Shown: positions 26,254-32,000 of the stretch, in pieces | How positions within the stretch are numbered: the stretch's first letter is position 1 | Layout of the letters: each line of letters opens with the position of its first letter | Origin: Ignicoccus pacificus DSM 13166 | Lineage (GTDB): Archaea; Thermoproteota; Thermoprotei_A; Sulfolobales; Ignicoccaceae | Reading direction: 5' to 3' | NCBI GenBank assembly: GCA_025340205.1 | Contig: CP006868.1 | Coordinates: forward strand, 1,020,001-1,052,000 | Length of the DNA stretch: 32,000 nucleotides | Made by a program: the position numbers and the translations under genes | Notes under the pieces: generated by a model | Databases searched by the model: none | Told to the model about the DNA's origin: nothing | The model's input: only the letters and a program-made list of their open reading frames with translations

Positions 26254-27141
26254 TCACTTCCAGTCAACTAGGTACTTGAGCTTCCTGAACCAGTTGGGGG
26301 GCTTATCTTCAGCCAGGAAGGCAGCCCCATAAAGGGGAGCCAAGTCGTTGTACTTGGCCTCCTCTACCCTAGGGGCCTCCACCACGAGGCCTTTCCACTC
26401 TGGGAGCTTCTCGAGTATTTCATCGAACAATTCCTTGTTCTTGTAGTAAACTCCTCCACTCAGCGCTATTACCTCGGGATCGTAGGCGTTAGAAACAGAG
26501 GAGATGAAGGAGAGTAATGCTCTTTCGAAGGCATCTCTCAAAGCTTTCTCTTTCTTCATGAGCTCGAAGAACTCCTTGGCAGAAGAGACCTCATACCCTA
26601 ACGCCTTGGCGAACTTAGGTAAATTGCTCCCTCCCAAGAAGCTTTCTACGTGGCCCCCTCCTCCGCATCCGCAAGGGATTTCCATGTTCCAAGATAAGGT
26701 TACGTGGCCGAACTCATGGGCGTTTCCTTCCTTACCCATTAAGAGTACCCCATCCACCACGGCGCCTATTCCTATCCCCGTCCCAAAGCCTATGTAGACT
26801 AAGTTCTCGCTCTTCCTAGCTTTCGCCTCGGCCCAAGCTCCGGCCACACAGTCGTTGACCATGTAAACGGGAACTCCTAGCTCCATCATCAAGGGCCTAG
26901 CTAGCTCGAAGTTCTTCTCATTCAAGTGAGGATTGTTAACTATCATGCCTTCAGAGATCTTGAGAGGACCCATGGTAGCTATGGAGATCTCATTCGCGTT
27001 CATCTTTTTCAGTTCTTTTATTAACACGGAAATTAGATCCTTCGGATCCTTAGGCGTTGGAATTACTTTCAAGAGCTCGAGCTCTCCATGATAGATCCCT
27101 ATAGCGGTCTTGGTACCTCCGATGTCTAGCACAGCCCTCAA
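26254..27141 (-). CDS. ROK family sugar kinase / N-acyl-hexosamine kinase-like protein
   Basis: AVLDIGGTKTAIGIY, NDCVAGAWAEAK, GTGIGIGAVVDGVLLMGKEGNAHEFGHVTL and CGCGGGGHVESFLGG zinc-binding ROK signature. Confidence 0.92.
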   Translation of the reverse strand: MRAVLDIGGTKTAIGIYHGELELLKVIPTPKDPKDLISVLIKELKKMNANEISIATMGPLKISEGMIVNNPHLNEKNFELARPLMMELGVPVYMVNDCVAGAWAEAKARKSENLVYIGFGTGIGIGAVVDGVLLMGKEGNAHEFGHVTLSWNMEIPCGCGGGGHVESFLGGSNLPKFAKALGYEVSSAKEFFELMKKEKALRDAFERALLSFISSVSNAYDPEVIALSGGVYYKNKELFDEILEKLPEWKGLVVEAPRVEEAKYNDLAPLYGAAFLAEDKPPNWFRKLKYLVDWK

Positions 27142-27222
27142 GCATCAGAGCCCGAGGAGGCTGAGCGGGACGGAGTATAACCTCTAACACTCATAGGGGA
27201 CGGACGCGCTTGTCTACGCGCT

Positions 27223-27372
27223 GTGAGACCCTTGAAGAAGGGCCAGTTAGAGATAATTGGTATAGTTATAGCCCTCATCATTTTAGGCTTCATCCTAGAG
27301 GCCATTTACCTCTACTTATTCGAACCCAAGGCGTTCGAGCAGATATTCGGAGGGATACTCTCGAAGATTTGA
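27223..27372 (+). CDS. 49-aa small membrane protein with pilin-like N-terminus (absent from the supplied ORF track)
   Basis: Hand translation from GTG 27223: (V/M)RPLKKGQLEIIGIVIALIILGFILEAIYLYLFEPKAFEQIFGGILSKI*. Confidence 0.5.
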   Translation: MRPLKKGQLEIIGIVIALIILGFILEAIYLYLFEPKAFEQIFGGILSKI

Positions 27373-27385
27373 TTTTTGAAAAACG

Positions 27386-29605
27386 TTAGAGGCTGAGGAA
27401 GTCCTCAGCCTTAGGCGGGTTCGGAGGTAGACCCTTCCTCTGCCTTATCTTGGCTATCAACTCTGGTAGTAGCTGGTCCGGAACCGGAGCCCATCCGTAG
27501 AACTCAGTACCCCAGAAGGCCCTTCCAGCGGTGACGCTCCTCAGCTCCATTGGTAGGTCGAAGCTCTCCGCTACCGGGATGACGGCTATGATTCTGGCTT
27601 GTCCTCCCATGTCGTTGACCTCCAGGATCTTTCCTCTGTGCTTATTGATCACACCCATTACTGCTCCGATGTACTCGCTGGGCACCCTAATGTCGAGCTT
27701 CTGCAGAGGCTCTAGCAAGGTGGGTCTGTCGGTGAGCATGCTGGCGTAGACGGCGTTCCTCACCGCAGGATAGATCTGAGCGGGTCCTCTGTGGGCGGGG
27801 TCCTCGTGTATCACCGCATCCCACAGGATGACCTTTACGCCCCTTACCGGCTCCTTTGCCAACGGTCCCTCCTTCATGGCGATTCTCCATCCTCCGAGGA
27901 TGGTGTCCTTGACCTCCCTCAGGTGCTGTACACCCACGGTCTTGTCGATGAATATGTTGTAGTTTTCGTCGATAGCCCATATCCTCCTGGCAGTCTCCGC
28001 GTCCCAGCCGGCCTTCTCTCTGAGTATCTTGGCCCTCTGCTTGGGGTCTTGGTCCTCGCTGATCTCTCCCTTCTGGATGAGCTCTATGACCTCCTTCTCT
28101 AGAGGCTCTACGGTTATGTACAGCTTGTTGTGCTTGTTGGGGCTCTTGCCCTCCACCTTCTCTCCGGGGCTCCTCACGGTCTCTCTGTAGGTGATTACCG
28201 GTGGGCTGACCTTGACCTCTAGGCCGTATACCTCCTTTAGCTGGGTTAGGGCGATCTCGATGTGCAACATTCCCATGCCGCTCAGCAAGTACTCACCGGT
28301 CTCTTGGTTGATGGTCACCTTCAAGTTGGGGTCCTCGATACTCAAGGTCCTTAGGGCCTCAATCAGCTTGGGCAAGTCTCTGGGGTTCTTGGGCTCGATT
28401 GCTACGGTCACTACGGGCTCGCTCACGTAGTGGAGCTGCTCGAAGGGAGCGGCCTGGTCCTTGTACTTTATGTCTACGACGGTCTCTCCGGCTCTGGCGT
28501 CGTCCAGACCTAGCATGGCCACTATGTTACCGGCGGTCACGTAGTCAACTATCTCTCTGTCGGGTCCCATGTAGATGGAGACTTGTAGTATCTTGTTGGG
28601 CTTCTGAGCGTTAACTAGCCATACCTCCTTTCCGGCGGTAGCGGTTCCGGCCCAGACCCTTCCAGTAGCTACCAACCTCTTGGTGTGAGGGTCCAACCTC
28701 ATGTCGTTGATGAAGACCACGAGGGGACCATCTGGATCGGCGTTTACCATAGCCTTACCCAGCTCGCTGTTTATGTCACCCTTCCATAGCCTGGGAACCC
28801 TGTACTTCTGAGCCTCTCTGGGGTTGGGGACCCATCTAACCACCATGTCCAGCAAGGTCTCGTGGAGAGGAGCCTTCTTGAAGAGCTCCTCTATGGCAGC
28901 CTTGTCTCCCTTAGCGTAAGCCTCCACGAAGTAGCTGAACTTTATTCCTTTCTCCTCAGCCATGGGTATGGTTATACCCCACTTGTCCTTGGCGCTTCCT
29001 AGGGCAACGTGACCCTTGGCGGGGTCTAGAAGCCACTTCTTGGCGAACTCCTTGTCAGGGGCAAAGGTCAAGATCCTCTCGTTTACCTCCTTGATTATCT
29101 GGACTATCCTCTGCTGTACCTCTTGAGGGCTGAGCTTCAGCTCCTTAATCAACCTGTCTACCTTGTTTATGAAGAGTAGGGGCCTCACGTACTCCTCTAG
29201 GGCTTGCCTTAGCACCGTCTCGGTCTGGGTCATTACGCCTTCTACTGCGTCTACTACTAGGATTGCTCCATCAAGCACTCTCAGGCTTCTAGTCACCTTA
29301 CCGCTGAAGTCCACGTGACCGGGGGTGTCGATGAGGTTGATCACGTAAGGTTTGCCCTTGTACTCGTGGTACAGGCTTACGTTGGCGGCCTTAACGGTAA
29401 TTCCTCTCTGCTGCTCCACATCCAAGTAGTCCAGAGCCCTGGCCTCACCGGCCAACTTAGGGCTCAATATTCCAGCGTGCGCCAGCAGCGCGTCGCTGGT
29501 GGTGGTCTTACCGTGGTCCACGTGGGCGATGATTCCGATGTTCCTCACTTGCTCTATGTTCCTCATTATTCGTAAGATGTCCTCTACGTGCTTATACTTT
29601 GGCAT
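27386..29605 (-). CDS. fusA: Translation elongation factor aEF-2
   Basis: [37 protein letters not shown] and C-terminal [15 protein letters not shown]-like segment [39 protein letters not shown]. Confidence 0.98.
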   Translation of the reverse strand: MPKYKHVEDILRIMRNIEQVRNIGIIAHVDHGKTTTSDALLAHAGILSPKLAGEARALDYLDVEQQRGITVKAANVSLYHEYKGKPYVINLIDTPGHVDFSGKVTRSLRVLDGAILVVDAVEGVMTQTETVLRQALEEYVRPLLFINKVDRLIKELKLSPQEVQQRIVQIIKEVNERILTFAPDKEFAKKWLLDPAKGHVALGSAKDKWGITIPMAEEKGIKFSYFVEAYAKGDKAAIEELFKKAPLHETLLDMVVRWVPNPREAQKYRVPRLWKGDINSELGKAMVNADPDGPLVVFINDMRLDPHTKRLVATGRVWAGTATAGKEVWLVNAQKPNKILQVSIYMGPDREIVDYVTAGNIVAMLGLDDARAGETVVDIKYKDQAAPFEQLHYVSEPVVTVAIEPKNPRDLPKLIEALRTLSIEDPNLKVTINQETGEYLLSGMGMLHIEIALTQLKEVYGLEVKVSPPVITYRETVRSPGEKVEGKSPNKHNKLYITVEPLEKEVIELIQKGEISEDQDPKQRAKILREKAGWDAETARRIWAIDENYNIFIDKTVGVQHLREVKDTILGGWRIAMKEGPLAKEPVRGVKVILWDAVIHEDPAHRGPAQIYPAVRNAVYASMLTDRPTLLEPLQKLDIRVPSEYIGAVMGVINKHRGKILEVNDMGGQARIIAVIPVAESFDLPMELRSVTAGRAFWGTEFYGWAPVPDQLLPELIAKIRQRKGLPPNPPKAEDFLSL

Positions 29606-29746
29606 ACTGCATCTACCGCAAAGCCATAAGGAAAGGGCTTAAAAAACGGAAACCCGCGTTCCGAAATCTTGCATTTTAAAAGGTATTGTTTTATCAAAAG
29701 GTCCAGATTGCGTTATGATTGCTAAGACAAGAAGTAATGAGGAGAG

Positions 29747-30325
29747 TTACTTCTCCTTCTCCACCTTTATTCCCGCTAAATGCATTAACAATAAGTTCAT
29801 CATGCTCTTTATCTCCTTTACGTCCTCCTTTACCTCTTGCACGTCTCTATCCAATCTGGCAACCGCTACCTTAAGCTCTTCAACATCTTTTTCGAGCTCA
29901 TATACCCTGTGCTCCAAGCTCTCGAACCTCTTATTGAAGTCCTCTCTTAGATCGTCTATCCTTTTATTCAGCTCGTCCCTAACTAGCTCTATCTTCTTGT
30001 CCAGCCTTTCCTCAGTTGCTTTGATATCATCCCTAAGCCTCTTCTCACAATTATCTATCTTCTTGTCGAGTCTTTCCTCTGTTGCCTTGATTTCAATTCT
30101 AAGCTTCTGTTCAGTCTCCTTTATCATTTCTCTGTTCAATTGAATCTGCCTTGAAAGCTCATCGTACCTAAGCCTCACTTCATTTAGAACCATGAAGAGC
30201 AATAGGAAGTTCGCTTCTTCGCTAGTCAAAGGCTTTCCGCTTTGGATCTTGTTTATCAACTCTCCGAACTTCTCTCTTGCAAAATCATAGGCAATCTCTA
30301 AAGTCTTATCGACCAGGAAGGCCAA
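29747..30325 (-). CDS. Coiled-coil protein
   Basis: 192-aa ORF with extended charged heptad-like pattern and internal repeat IKATEERLDKKI. Confidence 0.75.
   Translation of the reverse strand: MAFLVDKTLEIAYDFAREKFGELINKIQSGKPLTSEEANFLLLFMVLNEVRLRYDELSRQIQLNREMIKETEQKLRIEIKATEERLDKKIDNCEKRLRDDIKATEERLDKKIELVRDELNKRIDDLREDFNKRFESLEHRVYELEKDVEELKVAVARLDRDVQEVKEDVKEIKSMMNLLLMHLAGIKVEKEK
29991..30091 (-). repeat. Two copies of a ~35-nt imperfect direct repeat offset by 66 nt (29991-30025 and 30057-30091)
   Basis: atcttcttgtccagcctttcctcagttgctttgat versus atcttcttgtcgagtctttcctctgttgccttgat. Encodes IKATEERLDKKI twice, 22 residues apart. Confidence 0.85.
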
Positions 30326-30514
30326 AGTTGAGCCCCGTCCTTAATGCTTTGAGGTAGTATTTGTGTGAAGAGAGTTAGGTGAAAGTACTGTGCTTCGAAT
30401 ATCAATACTCAAGAGCAGTACTTAAACGAAGAACTAATCGAAAAGGAGGAAAGGCCATCTCTTTAGAGCTAGCGAACTCAAACACCTCTTGTTGCTTAGT
30501 ACAGCGGTAAGACG

Positions 30515-31348
30515 TTGCTGCTCGTGTTAACTCCTTGTAGAGGAATGGGGGCTCGATTCCTCTCGTTCGAATTCGCTTCGATGTTAAAGACCTCCTCCTT
30601 GCTTCGCAAGGTTTACTTACTTGATCTCAGCTCCGAACAGCTCTCTTCCTTCAATATATCGAGGAACTGCTTCTACGACTACTTGGTAGGGGACAGAGGA
30701 ATCTCAAACGTCTTCGCCAGAATGCCCCATCCAGATCTCGACGGAGTTCTGGTATCTCGCTTGCTGGGAACTTGCTACGTCGAACCGGAGGAACTCTTTA
30801 AGACCTTGAACGATGCGGAGGTGGTTCAGAACTTCATCAACTTCGTTAGAGTTGCCGAAGGTGAAGAAGGGGTAGGCTTGGTAATCTTCATGCCACTGGA
30901 TCCAATAGGGATTCATTTTCTAAGGATTCTCGATTCGACTGACGTGAACTACACTTCAATATACGTCATAGGTGAGATGAACTACTGTACCTCAACTCCA
31001 ATACCGAAATTTATAAGAAACATCCACGGCATTGTAGTTAACAAAGTACCGAAGGCTATGTTCTTGAGGTTATTCGACGAAATAGATGAAACGGAAGCGG
31101 TTAGGAGCTCTCTCCCGCTAGGCTTAGTCTCAGCGCTGATTCTCGGCCTTACAAGGCATCTCTACGCACATTCGATAAGGGATTACCTTCCAGTGGCCTT
31201 GCGCATGGTACCAGACCAGTCACTGATATCGCTGAGGAACGTGCTGGACTACTTCTTGTTTACGCTGTTTAATAAGGGTGAGAGGAAGGTTTACGGTTAC
31301 ATGGGAGGCGCAGCTTATGAGCGCCCTTTAAGGGCTACTAGCAAGTGA
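30515..31348 (+). CDS. MinD/ParA-like protein with degenerate nucleotide-binding motif
   Basis: N-terminal LVLTPCRGMGARFLSFEFASML...RKVYLLDLS matches MinD spacing but lacks the P-loop Lys. Later segments VGLVIFMPLDP and IHGIVVNKV resemble MinD strands. Confidence 0.5.
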   Translation: MLLVLTPCRGMGARFLSFEFASMLKTSSLLRKVYLLDLSSEQLSSFNISRNCFYDYLVGDRGISNVFARMPHPDLDGVLVSRLLGTCYVEPEELFKTLNDAEVVQNFINFVRVAEGEEGVGLVIFMPLDPIGIHFLRILDSTDVNYTSIYVIGEMNYCTSTPIPKFIRNIHGIVVNKVPKAMFLRLFDEIDETEAVRSSLPLGLVSALILGLTRHLYAHSIRDYLPVALRMVPDQSLISLRNVLDYFLFTLFNKGERKVYGYMGGAAYERPLRATSK

Positions 31349-31712
31349 TGTGGATTATTCCCAAGACCTTCTTACCCTCCTCTACCAACTCGTTGAACCT
31401 CTCTATCGCTTTGGGTGAAGGTAGGGTGACGTAGCTTATTCCCTTCTCTTCTAGAAGCTTTTTAGCACCTTCCATTATCGGAAGGGCGCCGTAAATTCCG
31501 GTCCCTATTACTACCACTTCGACTCCCTCCTTCAAGTACTTCTCAATCTCTTCCCTTGATAGAGGAGTGTGGCCGTAAAGGCTCTTGTACTTCTTCGAGG
31601 GTTCCTTATCCCTCTTTCTCGTCGTTCCATCCCAGTAGATCACAACGTCATGATGATAAGACTTACCCTTAACTATCACTTCTCCAAAAGAAACTGAGTC
31701 GATGATTCTCAA
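31338..31712 (-). CDS. Mth938-like / DUF498 family protein (start TTG 31712 inferred; ORF track extends further upstream)
   Basis: IDSVSFGEVIVKGKSYHHDVVIYWDG...EKYLKEGVEVVVIGTGIYGALPIMEGAKKLLEEKGISYVTLPSPKAIERFNELVEEGKKVLGIIHITC. Confidence 0.8.
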   Translation of the reverse strand: MRIIDSVSFGEVIVKGKSYHHDVVIYWDGTTRKRDKEPSKKYKSLYGHTPLSREEIEKYLKEGVEVVVIGTGIYGALPIMEGAKKLLEEKGISYVTLPSPKAIERFNELVEEGKKVLGIIHITC

Positions 31713-31729
31713 TTTCTCTCCTAATAGGA

Positions 31730-32000
31730 CTAAGAAAACAGCTCCTTTAAAACTTCCTCGACAGGAGTTCCCGGTTCCTTCTCTATATACCTCATCCCTA
31801 GCTCGGTGACCCAGTCCCTTCCCCCGTGTCCTTGCAGGGGAGGTCCGACTACCACTTCCACCCCCTTGCTCGCCAAGAACTCGGCTAAGGTTCTGCCTCT
31901 CCTTCTCTCCATCTTTATCGCCGGATTCAACGTCCTCTCCGCTTCCTTCCCGTCCTCGAATATGCACACTAAGGGAGCTAGGCCGAAGTGATGGGCCACC
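31730..32000 (-). CDS. NifX/NifB-type dinitrogenase iron-molybdenum cofactor family protein, 5' end outside the window
   Basis: AHHFGLAPLVCIFEDGKEAERTLNP...VEVVVGPPLQGHGGRDWVTELGMRYIEKEPGTPVEEVLKEL. Confidence 0.8.
   Translation of the reverse strand, partial: VAHHFGLAPLVCIFEDGKEAERTLNPAIKMERRRGRTLAEFLASKGVEVVVGPPLQGHGGRDWVTELGMRYIEKEPGTPVEEVLKELFS

Noticed and set aside
27531-28614. Plus-strand and alternate-frame ORFs within aEF-2
   Set aside because: Shadow frames of a strongly conserved gene.
29715-30143. 142-aa plus-strand ORF opposite the coiled-coil gene (Ser/Phe/Leu-rich)
   Set aside because: The translation is what antisense of Glu/Lys/Asp codons gives; no independent support.
31713-31967. 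N-terminal extension of the Mth938-like ORF in the supplied track
   Set aside because: It overlaps the NifX-like gene in another frame and is Gly/Arg/Glu-rich; a TTG start at 31712 gives the family-length protein.
1-32000. tRNA/rRNA genes, CRISPR arrays, transposases, integrases, toxin-antitoxin pairs
   Set aside because: By eye I found no T-arm GGTTCRA context with a matching cloverleaf, no regularly spaced repeats and no mobile element proteins. An intron-split or unusual tRNA cannot be excluded without tRNAscan-SE.

Overview
This 32 kb window looks like a compact, gene-dense chromosomal segment from a hyperthermophilic crenarchaeon (Thermoproteota). The overall protein style and an unusual superoxide reductase suggest an Ignicoccus-like member of Desulfurococcales; that assignment is inference from memory, not a database match. 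Recognisable content, in order: 3' part of Kae1/TsaD; a Tfx-type regulator next to a molybdate/tungstate-type ABC transporter; an Mre11-like nuclease; a GT4 glycosyltransferase; inorganic pyrophosphatase; a broken ribosomal block (S17, L14, L24, S4e, L5, S14, S8); CBS and PHP-domain proteins; superoxide reductase; CDP-archaeol synthase; a RadB/KaiC-like ATPase; FAU-1-type RNase E/G-related protein; UPF0147; a PadR regulator; a nitrilase-family hydrolase; archease; a small multidrug export family protein; a large surface protein; PdxS; a TetR regulator; Hsp20; a ROK kinase; aEF-2; a coiled-coil protein; a degenerate MinD-like protein; a Mth938/DUF498-like protein; and a NifX-like protein cut by the window end. 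I found no CRISPR array, transposon, prophage, rRNA or convincing tRNA. Nothing here clearly amounts to a new multi-gene system. The leads worth following are: the superoxide reductase with Lys replaced by Thr and a palindrome at its promoter; a MinD-like protein with a degraded P-loop; two or three V4R-like small-domain proteins; a VirB2/CedA1-like mini membrane protein; a Cys-rich microprotein coupled to a nitrilase; a perfect palindrome upstream of the TetR gene; and a surface protein with a C-terminal tripartite tail.
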